DNA of 64,000 nt from Marsupella aquatica (lineage: Eukaryota; Plantae; Marchantiophyta), in contig OZ316892.1 in assembly GCA_973895155.1 (NCBI GenBank), positions 448,917-512,916 of the forward strand, given 5' to 3'. This document shows positions 45,191-55,971 of this stretch, one piece after another. The stretch's first letter is position 1, and every line of letters starts with the position of its first letter. The notes under the pieces were generated by a model, which was given only the letters and a program-made list of their open reading frames with translations, was not told the origin of the DNA and searched no databases. Both the position numbers and the translations under genes were made by a program.

Positions 45191-48037
45191 ATGGAACCCG
45201 GGCAGAGGCCGGAGGTAAGGCTGAGGGTGAAAACCCGATTAGGGTTAGGGCGCGTTAAGCGTCGGCGGCTAGGAAGGATCAACGGGAAGAAGGACCGGCA
45301 GAGGAGAGGGGTAAGGAGCGCTTGCAGGAGATGGTGGCTCATTTGCGAGCACGAACTAGGCAGACGACTACGGGAGGCCAACTACTATCAGCTGCTTAGG
45401 CAAGCACTCGGGGAGAGAGTAGATACCAACGATCGACCTAAGGAGGGTATGAGCAACGTCAATCAAGCGGCACATTTCTGGGGATGCCTGTTCGAACGGG
45501 CAACTGAGTACATCAAGACTTACGAGGACGAGGAGTCAGAAAGGGCAGCTCGAGAACGGCAGGAGCTCGCTCGATTGTGGGAGCTGCACAAGACGGCTTT
45601 CTTAGGAGGCGAACTCATCAAGGACGAGTTCCTGTGGATGCCTACTTCCAATCAACTCGACGATCTTCTGTTTTGCAAAGACAGCGTCGTCGGCATCCGA
45701 GAGGCCATCAAGAACTGCAACGACATACACTGGGAATTAAAGGGTAGCACGGAAAGGTGGACCCGGGCAACGGTGCTAGGAGAAACCTCCATGGCAGCAG
45801 AGATGAAGAGGAAGGGAGCCGTCAACGATGAAGCCACCCCGGCAAAAAGAACGAGGTCGGCGGCACCAAAGAAGCCAGCCGAGCAGCAGAGCAGGAGGCA
45901 GGGAGAAGCCGAAGAGGAGGAGGTCGATCCCATCAAGGCCATTCCAACCAGGGATGACACCTGGAAGGGCTGGGCGGCAACCCTACCGGTGGAGGTGCAA
46001 CTACATTTTGCACGGGAGGAGGATGCATGCTTTACGGCCATGCAGACCAAGAAGTACCAAGGCTTCATGGCCGGATCCGGCTTGGAGGCCTTTGTAAGAT
46101 TACCATGGCTGAAGCCGGAGGTACCGGAGTCAGACCTATTAGAATTCGTGGGGTCATGGGAACCCGAGACCAATTGCACGAGGATATATGGGAAGGATTT
46201 CTATCTTACTCCCAAGGTAATTGCCGAAGTGTTTGGCTTGCCGATGGGCAATAAGACCAAAGTTGATACCAGGAAGACCTTGCCTGACAAGGAGTTCCGG
46301 TCGTTCCCCGGGCCATCAACGAAGAATGGCTTCTTCCGGAACACCTGCACCAACCCGCACATAGGAGAGATGATCGACTTCTTGCGGGTGACCATGCATT
46401 GTAACTTGCCGAGGGCAGAGATCGGCAAGGCACAGGTCTATCTGGTAGAAAGGCCAGACCCAAGCCGGGACTACAACGGGTACCTCCTCAACCAATTGAA
46501 GAAGATCTTAAAGGAGGAGCAGCAGGTAATCGGCATGGGGAGCGTGTCGCGGCTTGGCTATCACATGCCGCTGTTGTGCCGGTATGCCAGAGGTCAGACT
46601 TTTGCCCCGGTACTTCCCCTGCAGGTAAGGGCACCCGAGGAAGCTCCAACACCGAGGCCGTTGGCTGAGAAGCCTCCACCACCTGTTAGTCCTACGATCG
46701 AGCAGGTGTTTAGGCCCAGGAAGGAAGACTTGCCGATGCAGCAACCAGGCATGCAGAGTCTGCTGAAACTACTGGAGAAAGAAAAGAAATCGGCATCGGC
46801 AACAACAACAACAACAACGGCAACGGCAACAATGCAGGACACTACTACAGAGGTAGGCCTACACCGGCTCACAAGAGAAAACCCCTTTGCTGGAGACAAG
46901 GAGAGAATCAGGCCGGAATCCAAGCCAGGTGTTCGAATGTACGTGGGAACCTCAAGCTCCGAATCTGAGGCAGAATTGCCTGAAGCTCCTACCGACGAAG
47001 AGGAGAGGGAGAAGCCGGACGTCCAAGAAGTAGAGGAGGCAGTGGAGGATTGCAGCCATGATAATTCCGGCTATGGGTCGGACCATCACATTCCAGGAGT
47101 AAGGACCTGTGGCCGGTTTGTCCCCACACTTCCAAGGGTAGTGCGAGGGGACCCCAACCAGCAGAGTAGCCCTGAGTCTCCCCCACCAGATGTTGCTCCC
47201 CCGAGCTTCGACGGCATAAAACAGACGGTGCAGGAATTTCAGGAGCGAATCAAGCAGGAGGAAGAGGCCGCCCTGGCTAAGGAAAAGGATTTACCAGGAG
47301 GAGATTGGCCGGAGGACATCAGGCGGCTAGCCGAAAAAGGAAGCAAACCTCTAGCCACGATTGAAGAGATCCGCAGGACGGCGTGGGAGCAGAGGCCACG
47401 ATGGGCGATGCCGATCACTTCTACTTACTCCACCTACGCTAAGAATAGAGCCATGGAGTATGGTGAGATGTGTGGGGAACTTGCGCTCGACATCTTTGGA
47501 GAGGAGTTGGAGGTAGGACCCTTTTTCCATAGGGAGCAGTTGGAGAAGCACCAATTAGAAGAAGCGGTGGCTTTAGAGAGAAGCAAGAAGGACGAGGTCA
47601 TTCGGCGGCTTAGGAGGATGGGAGCCGAGATTGAAGATCTAAGGGCGGCCAAGAAAGCCCAAGATGAACTGCGGATTAAACGACATGAGCTGAACATCAT
47701 GCAGGGGCAGTTGGACGCCGCGCAGGCTGATAATCAGAATATCAAGGATAAACTGGCTCAGACGCAGGAAGAGTTGGCCGACACGATCAAAGAGAGGGAG
47801 AAGTGGAAGCAAGAGCTGAAGAATACAGAGGAGGCCCACATAACAGCCAACAGCCGGGCCATGGCGGAGACCCAAAGAAAGGAATGGGCGTTGAAAGGGG
47901 AGCTCGAGAAAATCCGCGGAGCCCTTGAGCAGAAGGAGGTCGAGTTAGGGAAATCCTATCAAGGGATTATGGCGCTGCAGCAGGAGCTTGCGTCCCTGAC
48001 GGCCAGCTTCAAGGCCGACCTAAGGGAGAAGGACTAG
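45191..48037 (+). CDS. LTR-encoded protein, LTR3 copy (most intact: 948 aa to the shared TAG; ~1210 codons if read through to 48823)
   Basis: Uninterrupted ORF within the LTR: Arg-rich N-terminus, W-x-PET..I..VFGLP domain, Pro/acidic linker, coiled coil. Confidence 0.8.
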   Translation: MEPGQRPEVRLRVKTRLGLGRVKRRRLGRINGKKDRQRRGVRSACRRWWLICEHELGRRLREANYYQLLRQALGERVDTNDRPKEGMSNVNQAAHFWGCLFERATEYIKTYEDEESERAARERQELARLWELHKTAFLGGELIKDEFLWMPTSNQLDDLLFCKDSVVGIREAIKNCNDIHWELKGSTERWTRATVLGETSMAAEMKRKGAVNDEATPAKRTRSAAPKKPAEQQSRRQGEAEEEEVDPIKAIPTRDDTWKGWAATLPVEVQLHFAREEDACFTAMQTKKYQGFMAGSGLEAFVRLPWLKPEVPESDLLEFVGSWEPETNCTRIYGKDFYLTPKVIAEVFGLPMGNKTKVDTRKTLPDKEFRSFPGPSTKNGFFRNTCTNPHIGEMIDFLRVTMHCNLPRAEIGKAQVYLVERPDPSRDYNGYLLNQLKKILKEEQQVIGMGSVSRLGYHMPLLCRYARGQTFAPVLPLQVRAPEEAPTPRPLAEKPPPPVSPTIEQVFRPRKEDLPMQQPGMQSLLKLLEKEKKSASATTTTTTATATMQDTTTEVGLHRLTRENPFAGDKERIRPESKPGVRMYVGTSSSESEAELPEAPTDEEEREKPDVQEVEEAVEDCSHDNSGYGSDHHIPGVRTCGRFVPTLPRVVRGDPNQQSSPESPPPDVAPPSFDGIKQTVQEFQERIKQEEEAALAKEKDLPGGDWPEDIRRLAEKGSKPLATIEEIRRTAWEQRPRWAMPITSTYSTYAKNRAMEYGEMCGELALDIFGEELEVGPFFHREQLEKHQLEEAVALERSKKDEVIRRLRRMGAEIEDLRAAKKAQDELRIKRHELNIMQGQLDAAQADNQNIKDKLAQTQEELADTIKEREKWKQELKNTEEAHITANSRAMAETQRKEWALKGELEKIRGALEQKEVELGKSYQGIMALQQELASLTASFKADLREKD

Positions 48038-48823
48038 ATGCTCGAACAGACTTACGCCAAGATGAACCAGATGGAGTCTGTCATCATTGCAGAGCTCGAC
48101 AAGGAGCTAAGAGCAACCCAGGAGGAGAGGGCTACCTTGAAGAAGGAATTGGAGGAAGCCCACAGGGAGCAGGAGGAGGCCAAAAACGAGCTGGAGGGGG
48201 CACGTAAGGACCTGGATGAAACCCAAGAGGAGTTGGAGGAAATCACGAGGAAGATGGAGAACCTACAGCGGCGGGCCGACAACCAAACAGAGCGGCTGAA
48301 GAAACAAGCCGCAGTATTTAAATGCTTAGCTGCAGCAGGTCCATCTCCCGTTGGGACAAACCAGTTACCAGGGGTGGTAATTGCCGAAGGACAAGCCGCG
48401 TCAACTGCACCAGTGCCGGAAGTAAGTGGGAAGGGGAAGGGACCAGCTGCTGAGCCACCAACGAAGAAGAAGTGGAAACCTCCAGGGTCAAGGAGTAATA
48501 CGACTTCACAGGCCGTGGTGATCAAGGAGGTAGACCCAGCACCGACCCCAGACAGGGTCACGGCTAAGGATCCAACTACCCTAGGGGAAGGGGAGGCCGA
48601 AGCCGAGGGAGTGGCTGAAGCCGAAGCCGTGGGAGTGGCTGAGGCCGAAGCCGTGGGTATTGCCGAGGCCGGTGTCGAGGCTGAAGCCGAAGGTGGACCC
48701 AGTCAGGCCGATGGAGAGTTGACTCGGTCAAGGGCAGGTAATCTGTCAGTAGGCGGGCCAACGGCAGTGGCTGAGGAGGAAGTGTTGGGGGCGTCCATTG
48801 AGGATCCACCACCGGTGTCGTGA
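48038..48823 (+). CDS. C-terminal 261-aa segment of the LTR-encoded protein (coiled coil + low-complexity tail), in frame directly after TAG
   Basis: TAG-ATG junction; B' reads through the equivalent position (EKDDQLDQ). Confidence 0.55.
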   Translation: MLEQTYAKMNQMESVIIAELDKELRATQEERATLKKELEEAHREQEEAKNELEGARKDLDETQEELEEITRKMENLQRRADNQTERLKKQAAVFKCLAAAGPSPVGTNQLPGVVIAEGQAASTAPVPEVSGKGKGPAAEPPTKKKWKPPGSRSNTTSQAVVIKEVDPAPTPDRVTAKDPTTLGEGEAEAEGVAEAEAVGVAEAEAVGIAEAGVEAEAEGGPSQADGELTRSRAGNLSVGGPTAVAEEEVLGASIEDPPPVS

Positions 48824-49804
48824 CGGTGCAAGGGCGCCGTTCCTTTTAGGGAAGGCGGACGTGGAGGGAGGAGGCGTGAGTGGGCAGGGCGGGCGCGGAT
48901 CTCCACGTTTAGGATTAGGATCAGAACCAGGAGCGGCCCTGACACTTAGCTTAGTGGGATTGCGGTCCCACTGGTAGGAGCAACACTTGTGCTCCTGCCT
49001 TGCTGTACATAGGTAGATTCGGGCAAGTAGATTACTGTTAAGTAGATTAGGCTTACGATGCAAAGAATGGCGGATCCACTACCAGGATAAGTACCTGGGC
49101 AGCGGGGAGCTCAGGGCCTCTTCTTTAGCAAGTTTTTAGTTTGCACCAGCCGGGCTGGGATCAAGTAGTACGAGAAGCTCTCGGTTAGTCATACAGTGAC
49201 CCTTGTGTATATTCATGTTTCCTCATGCCTAAGAGCTGAATAGAGTTGGCCTCACGGCTTAGTTCGCAGAACTTGTGTATGAGATGTACTGTTTGTATGG
49301 CAAGTGCATGGTATGACTCAGTCAGAATGAGTCATTTTGCTATTTGTGTGTCGCATTAACTTGTGTGAAGAGTGCCCACATCAACAGAAGGAAGGAAAGT
49401 AAGCAGGGGAGTGAGAGTTGGATGTGTCGAGCTGAGAGAGGTCTTAGCGGCTTAACCAAGCCTATTGGGGATCATTCCGGCGGCGGAATCCAAACATACT
49501 TAACAGGAAGACAGGGGAAGACAGGGGAAGGCCTATATTAGGCCGGCTACGTATCTCATGACCCGATGAAGGATCTGTCCAGTATATGTGTGTAAAATGT
49601 TAATAGTAGTAGTAGAAGGTTAGCAGCGTCCCATGCCGCTAAGCCGCGGAAACGGCCTCGCCAAGCACGAAACCTGCGGGAATCGGCTTGAGCTGGGGGG
49701 TTTATTGGGTTTAGGGAGCCATGGGACGCACCACATTTTTGGCGCTAGATGGAGGGGGCATTTCTTAAGCCGTGAGATATGAAGTTAGAACGGAAGCGTA
49801 GGTA

Positions 49805-52798
49805 ATGACTGACCTTACGCCGAGGGAAGAAAGAGTGATTCAACGGGAGAGAGCTCGACTGCAGCAGCTCGCCGGGTGGCATGATACACAGCGACTGAGA
49901 GGGGCAGAAAGAGCTGGTAGCTCCGAAACTGGAAGTGGCGTCGAAGAAGACATACCAGAAGAAGAGTCGGTAAGGAGAAGTGAGTCTCCAACCGACATGG
50001 GGGAACCAGAGGCACGGCCAGACGAGAGGCCAGGGACCAGATTGAGCCAGCGGTCGCGCATACATTACAAAGCATTTCATGGGAGAGGAGATGAGGATCC
50101 GGACGAATGGTTGGATGATTTCGAGGGAACCGCTGCAGCAAATGGAGAATCGGCCATCAAGATGCAGATTCTTCCCGGCCTGTTCAAGGGTGAGGCTAGG
50201 TCTTGGTACAGAGCATTAGATGTGGAAGATCAAGCCATCTGGGATATCTTCAAAACACTCTTTGTTAAGGAGTTTCGACCCATTGGAACTTCAGAACTAG
50301 CAGTGCTGAAGTTGGGACAACTTCGGTTCAAGGAGAACAAATCCTTCAGGAAGTTCTTGCAACGCTTTCAGAAACTGGTAAGACGTACAAAGACCAATGC
50401 ATCTGAAGGTATGCAACTTCAATGGTTGGTGAATGCTTTGCCACAGAAGATGAGTTTTGCAATTAGGAAGGAGAACCCGGAGACTTTAGCCGAAGCAATT
50501 AAGGATATTCAATTATACATTAATGCAGATATCACAAGCCGGAAGAAACAGCTTAAGTCTGAGAGTTCCTCATCAGAGGAGGGATCACCCCATAAGAAAA
50601 AAGATAAGAAGAAGAAACATTCCAAGAAGTCTAGAAGTGATAAGTCAAGCTCGGATAGTGGGAGTAGCAAGAGTGAGTCATCTTCTAGTTCTGAAGAAGA
50701 AAAAACTAGGAAAAGGAAGGGCAGAAGGAGAGGGAAGACGAAAGTCAAGATGGAGGCTAAGCCACCAGATAACATCGTAGCCCTTACCGAGCAACTTAAG
50801 GCTATCATTGCAGAGGTAAAACCAAAGAAGAAGGTAGTACAGGAGGATAGCTCTGTATGGTGTGCCTTATGTTATAAAACCAGACACCATAAAGATGCGT
50901 GTCCTAAGCTTAATACTAATCATGTTCGGCATGTGGCCGAGATCAGACCATGTCAGGGAGAAGTAGAGTACTTTTTGGGAGATGCCGCTAATAGTGTTTT
51001 CGGCATCAGTGAGACTGGAGCACGAGACCTATCCAACAGACCTGCATCTCTGTGGTCAGGATTAAGGAACAATCCAGGAGAGATGTATCCTCGGATTATT
51101 CAGAACCCGTCAGTACCTCCTAGGCCGAATGTGCAAAGATTTGCGGCGTGCTATAATTGTGGTCAACCTGGCCATTTTGCTAGAGAATGCCCGAATGCAC
51201 GCAAACAGGGTGATGGACAACCAGCTCAGCTATGTATGGGATGCCGACAGGAAGGTCATATGCTAGGGCAATGTCCTACTTGGTTGGCAGGCCTGGCCGC
51301 AAATCATAAGCTTTTGCCGATCAAGATCTTACCGCCAGGTACTACCCCCGGAGGAGTTCAAATCAACCACATCGAACTAGGATGGCAAGAGGATGCCGAG
51401 GCAGAGTTCGTACCATCTGATGATGAGGCCGAAGCCCTATCAACCTTCTCAGAGGAGGATTTAGATCATGATTGCTACCGGGTCTCTACTCGATCTACCA
51501 GAAGGAAGGAAAGGTGGGATGGGCTGGCCAAAAATAAAGGGAAGGTTACGGAGGAAAGGATCGACTCTTCGTCAACATCAACAGAAGGAGAAGGGAGGGC
51601 TCCGGCAATACAGGTAAGCCATGAGCCCACCAGTGAAACCAATCCTTCACAAGATAGCGACTTCAATCGAGATCATCCTAAGTTGTTCTACCCCTCTGTT
51701 ACGGCTAGTGTTAAGGAACAACTAAGAGAATTAGAAACCCTGGAGAATACCGAAGCCATTGCCAAGGATGTAAAACGAGCAAAAGCATTGTTTGCTTCGG
51801 AAGACCCAACAGCTGTGGAGACTAGCGTGGCAAAACTGGCCGAATCCAAGACGGAAACACCACCAGAAGAGAAGCCGATTGTTCCCTATGACCTGGCTAA
51901 AGATGTACTAGAATCTAGAGTCTCGGCAACAGTAGGTCAACTATTGAAAAATAGCCCGTACTTCCGGAAGCAATTAAGGAAGGCTATTCTCGGCAAGCCG
52001 AGATTACCCAAGGTAGCAACCAGATCCGACGTACTAATGATAGAAGAAGATCAAGGAGCCCCAGCATTACCATTAATGATTCAAGGAGAATTATTACTAC
52101 GGGTACCCATCGATGGAGGATCAGGGGTATGTATTATGATTGATTCAACAGCAAAAGGGTGGGGTCTAACACCGGAGATGACTGGAAGAGTGTTGAACAT
52201 GGCCAATGGATATCAGGTCATTCCGACGGGAGTGTTAACCGGCATCAAGACAGAGATAGGAGGTATCTTCTTTAGCATTAACTATGTAGTAATGAAGCCG
52301 GTAAATCCTACGTCATTCCGGCTATTGATTGGTAGGCCATGGCTGTACCTAGCCGAGGTAATAGAAGATTGGGGTAAAAAGCAGTTCACTTTCGGGACCC
52401 CCTCTATCACGGTATCCTGGGACACTAAGGATGACCGTAGGAAAAGCATAAGGGAAGTAGATGGGTACGATAGTGGACTGGAGTCAGCCGATGAAGTACG
52501 TTGGTTAGAATGCCTCACTAACCTAACCGAAGAAGGTGTCTTTGGACCAGAGGTACCCCCCAGCGGATTATGGCAAGAACCAATGGAAGGTGACTTGGAA
52601 GAAGAAGACGAAGAGGTCGAGGACTGCTTTACAATAGAATCCACCTTTTTAGCTGCAATTCCGGAGGAAGTTAAGGATGTAGACCAATTGGATGAAACGG
52701 CTAAGTGGGGAGCAGTAGCAGGGACAGTGGATTTTCTGCAGGCGTTGTGGCAGAGCCGACGGGGTCCACAACGCCATCGATCATCGGCAAGGAATTAA
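49805..52798 (+). CDS. gag: Gag-protease polyprotein, unit 3 (997 aa)
   Basis: Intact copy; G>R change in first zinc knuckle (CYKTRHH). Confidence 0.95.
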   Translation: MTDLTPREERVIQRERARLQQLAGWHDTQRLRGAERAGSSETGSGVEEDIPEEESVRRSESPTDMGEPEARPDERPGTRLSQRSRIHYKAFHGRGDEDPDEWLDDFEGTAAANGESAIKMQILPGLFKGEARSWYRALDVEDQAIWDIFKTLFVKEFRPIGTSELAVLKLGQLRFKENKSFRKFLQRFQKLVRRTKTNASEGMQLQWLVNALPQKMSFAIRKENPETLAEAIKDIQLYINADITSRKKQLKSESSSSEEGSPHKKKDKKKKHSKKSRSDKSSSDSGSSKSESSSSSEEEKTRKRKGRRRGKTKVKMEAKPPDNIVALTEQLKAIIAEVKPKKKVVQEDSSVWCALCYKTRHHKDACPKLNTNHVRHVAEIRPCQGEVEYFLGDAANSVFGISETGARDLSNRPASLWSGLRNNPGEMYPRIIQNPSVPPRPNVQRFAACYNCGQPGHFARECPNARKQGDGQPAQLCMGCRQEGHMLGQCPTWLAGLAANHKLLPIKILPPGTTPGGVQINHIELGWQEDAEAEFVPSDDEAEALSTFSEEDLDHDCYRVSTRSTRRKERWDGLAKNKGKVTEERIDSSSTSTEGEGRAPAIQVSHEPTSETNPSQDSDFNRDHPKLFYPSVTASVKEQLRELETLENTEAIAKDVKRAKALFASEDPTAVETSVAKLAESKTETPPEEKPIVPYDLAKDVLESRVSATVGQLLKNSPYFRKQLRKAILGKPRLPKVATRSDVLMIEEDQGAPALPLMIQGELLLRVPIDGGSGVCIMIDSTAKGWGLTPEMTGRVLNMANGYQVIPTGVLTGIKTEIGGIFFSINYVVMKPVNPTSFRLLIGRPWLYLAEVIEDWGKKQFTFGTPSITVSWDTKDDRRKSIREVDGYDSGLESADEVRWLECLTNLTEEGVFGPEVPPSGLWQEPMEGDLEEEDEEVEDCFTIESTFLAAIPEEVKDVDQLDETAKWGAVAGTVDFLQALWQSRRGPQRHRSSARN

Positions 52799-55700
52799 AT
52801 ACCAAGGGATCGGCATACAAGCCGATTACGAGGGCAGAACAAATTGAGGCCCTATTAGAAGCCGAGAGAGCACAGCGGCCTAACTCTCAGGAGCAAGAGG
52901 TGGATGAGATGGACAGACACGATCTAGAGCCAAGGCAGGAAGGGGAGCCGACCACTAATTCAAAACCGAATAGACCGGTAAGGGGACAATCTATGGACAC
53001 CAAGGAAGGGACCGACTCGGCTAGTCCAGCCGAGATCCCAGTTTATGGAGGTATGAGATTAGAGAGACTGGAAGCCGAACTGGACCCGAATTTGAAGAAG
53101 CAGATTAATATGATCCAAGCACGGCAATATCGGAAGCTCGACTTAGGAGAGGGAAGAGAACTGAACTTAGGGAGAAACCTAGCACCTGAGCTCGAGAAAG
53201 AGATCAATGACTTATTGATTGAATTTCAGGATGTGTTTGCATGGAGTCACCAAGATCTAAAGGGAGTAGATCCAACACTAGGGGAACATCGAATTGATCT
53301 CATGTTAGGAGCCAAATCATTTCGACAACCAATTCGAAGGATGAACCCGAAGTATTCCCTGCTGGTCAAAACAGAAATCGACAAACTAGTGGAAGCTGGA
53401 TTCATCACTCCAGTCCTGCATTCAGACTGGGTGTCTCCAATTGTGATAGTTCCCAAGAAAGCTGGACCCGATGGTAAACCCAAGATCCGGGTTTGTCAGG
53501 ATTACAGGAAGCTGAATGAAGCAACATTAAAAGACCATTTTCCTTTACCGTTTACTGATATGGTACTAGACATGGTAGCCAGTCATGAACTATATTCATT
53601 CATGGATGGATACTCTGGTTATAACCAAATCAGGATTCGGCAGGAAGACCAAATCAAGACGGCCTTCATCACGGAATGGGGGATCTATGTCTTCAATCAT
53701 ATGCCGTTTGGACTCTGCAACGCACCAACTATGTTCCAACGATTAATGGTGAACATTTTTCATGATTACTTGAGAAAGTTCATGGAAATCTTCATTGATG
53801 ACTTTGCAGTATTCGGGAAGGCATCGAAACATGCTAAATACCTCAGGAAAACCTTCATGAGATGTAGAGAGGTGGGTCTCAAGTTACACCCAGATAAATG
53901 TTTTTTTGCAGTAACCGAGGGGGTGCTACTAGGTCACAAGGTATCAAGGAAGGGCATTGAGATTGACAAAGGTAAGCTAGCAGTATGGCTAGATATCATG
54001 CAACCTAAGAACATAAAGGATGTAAGATCCTTCTTGGGATGCATTGGTTACTATCGCCGGTTCATCAAGGATTTTGCCAAGCTAGCTTTACCATTAACCA
54101 ATATGCTCAAGGCAGGAGCAGACTTCGAACCCACACCCGAACGAGTCACAGCGGTGGTAGAATTGAAGCAGATGTTAGTAGAGGCCCCAGTCATGATAGC
54201 ACCGGACTGGAACAAAGATTTTCATGTTTTTGTAGATGTCTCGGGCTTCTGTATTGGCTCAGTACTAAGTCAGTTGGATGAGAAAGGAAGGGACCATCCC
54301 ATATACTTCGCAAGCCGTCAGCTTGCCGATGCCGAACGGAACTACTCTACCACGGAAAGAGAAGCATTAGGAGTCATTTATTCTTGTAAAAAGTTTAGGC
54401 ATTATTTACTAGGGTACAAGGTAATCTTTCATACTGATCATGAAAGTTTGAAGTACCTAGTCAATAAGCCGGACCTTACAGGCAGAGTAGCAAGATGGAT
54501 TTTGCTATTACAGGAGTTTGACTATGAGCTGAGGATCAAGCCGGGAAAGTTACATGCCAATGCCGACTTCTTTTCAAGGATCACAGGTAAACCTGCCACG
54601 GATTGCATCGATGATCGATTCCCCGACGAGGAGCTATTCGTTGTGGAAATAGCTGGTACATGGTACCCTGAGATTTTACAATTTCTCAGCACTTCCAGAT
54701 TACAGCCAGGATTAAGCCGAGAGCAAGCCGCAGTCTTTGTGCGGAAGGTCAGACAGTATCAGTGCATTAAAGGCATACTGCACAAGCATGGAATCAACGG
54801 CACGATTCAAAGGTGTTTGGAAAAGAGAGAGGTAAAACGAGTCCTACGGGCCATGCATGGAGAGGAGGCCGGAGGACATTTTGCCCCAGTAACCACATCT
54901 AAGAAGATATTAAATGCCGGTTACTGGTGGCCCACCTTGCACAAAGATGTCTATCAGTTTATCAAACAATGCGATCCTTGTCAACGAGCGGGAGGACCAA
55001 GGGCGTCCACCAGGCATCCACTGCACCCTATTCTACCTCTGGCACCATTCGAGAAGTGGGGTATTGATTACATTGGACCTCTGAAACCACTGACCCACCC
55101 TCGACGGAACAAGTACATAATCCTGGCTACGGATTATGCAACTAAATGGGTAGAGGCCAGACCAACAACGAAGGATGATGCAATTACTACGGCTAGATTC
55201 ATGTATGAGCAGATCTTCACCAGGTATGGAGCACCCCTAGAATTAGTTAGTGATAGAGGAACCCATTTTTTGAATGATATAATTAGTCGTTTAAATGAGC
55301 AGTATTTAGTTAAACATAGGCCTACTACTCCCTACCATCCAAAGGCAAACGGGTTGACAGAACGAGCAAACGGGATCATAGGAAAGATATTGAACAAGAC
55401 AGTAGCTCAGAACAAACTCGATTGGGATGATAAATTGTTTGCTGCTGTTTTTGCTTACAATCTGGCCTATAAATCCACTACCGGTCATACACCCTTCTTC
55501 TTAACCTTTGGACAAGAAGCCCTGGTACCCATGCAACTTGAGATACCGACATTTCAAGTTACAATTGAGGAAAGAGCCTCAGCGGAGGAGAGCCTAAAGG
55601 AGCGAGAATATAGGTTAGAAGCTTTAGAGGAAGCGAGAATGATTTCAGCCGAGAGAGTAGAATATAGACAGAATATCATGAAGCAGCAGTATGATAAAAG

Positions 55701-55971
55701 GTTAAAAGTAGTTAGTATTCATACCGGTGATCTTGTGCTACTTTATGACAGTAGGTATAGTAGGTTTCCAGGAAAGCTTTACACTCGCTGGTTAGGACCC
55801 TTTAGAGTAACCATGATGTTCCCCAATGGCTCCGTGCAATTGGCCAACATTACGGGAGAGGTATATCCAGTTCGCATCCATTATGACCGCCTCAAGAAAT
55901 ACTATATGGACGAAGATGAAGTTGTTCGCGAGGACGCTTCACAATTAAGTGGGGAGCTATGTGATGCCTAG
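52705..55971 (+). CDS. pol: Pol (RT, RNase H, integrase), unit 3
   Basis: Intact ORF, catalytic motifs retained. Confidence 0.97.
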   Translation: MGSSSRDSGFSAGVVAEPTGSTTPSIIGKELNTKGSAYKPITRAEQIEALLEAERAQRPNSQEQEVDEMDRHDLEPRQEGEPTTNSKPNRPVRGQSMDTKEGTDSASPAEIPVYGGMRLERLEAELDPNLKKQINMIQARQYRKLDLGEGRELNLGRNLAPELEKEINDLLIEFQDVFAWSHQDLKGVDPTLGEHRIDLMLGAKSFRQPIRRMNPKYSLLVKTEIDKLVEAGFITPVLHSDWVSPIVIVPKKAGPDGKPKIRVCQDYRKLNEATLKDHFPLPFTDMVLDMVASHELYSFMDGYSGYNQIRIRQEDQIKTAFITEWGIYVFNHMPFGLCNAPTMFQRLMVNIFHDYLRKFMEIFIDDFAVFGKASKHAKYLRKTFMRCREVGLKLHPDKCFFAVTEGVLLGHKVSRKGIEIDKGKLAVWLDIMQPKNIKDVRSFLGCIGYYRRFIKDFAKLALPLTNMLKAGADFEPTPERVTAVVELKQMLVEAPVMIAPDWNKDFHVFVDVSGFCIGSVLSQLDEKGRDHPIYFASRQLADAERNYSTTEREALGVIYSCKKFRHYLLGYKVIFHTDHESLKYLVNKPDLTGRVARWILLLQEFDYELRIKPGKLHANADFFSRITGKPATDCIDDRFPDEELFVVEIAGTWYPEILQFLSTSRLQPGLSREQAAVFVRKVRQYQCIKGILHKHGINGTIQRCLEKREVKRVLRAMHGEEAGGHFAPVTTSKKILNAGYWWPTLHKDVYQFIKQCDPCQRAGGPRASTRHPLHPILPLAPFEKWGIDYIGPLKPLTHPRRNKYIILATDYATKWVEARPTTKDDAITTARFMYEQIFTRYGAPLELVSDRGTHFLNDIISRLNEQYLVKHRPTTPYHPKANGLTERANGIIGKILNKTVAQNKLDWDDKLFAAVFAYNLAYKSTTGHTPFFLTFGQEALVPMQLEIPTFQVTIEERASAEESLKEREYRLEALEEARMISAERVEYRQNIMKQQYDKRLKVVSIHTGDLVLLYDSRYSRFPGKLYTRWLGPFRVTMMFPNGSVQLANITGEVYPVRIHYDRLKKYYMDEDEVVREDASQLSGELCDA

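Larger units (their letters stand above)
45076..49735 (+). repeat. Family B LTR3 (4660 bp), shared between units 2 and 3
   Basis: PPT-LTR-PBS; one extra ACA in the poly-Thr run. Confidence 0.95.

Noticed and set aside
47560-48320. LTR ORF as an env gene or a captured host myosin/SMC gene
   Set aside because: No hydrophobic transmembrane or signal segment, and no motor/ATPase motifs; coiled-coil similarity is non-specific.
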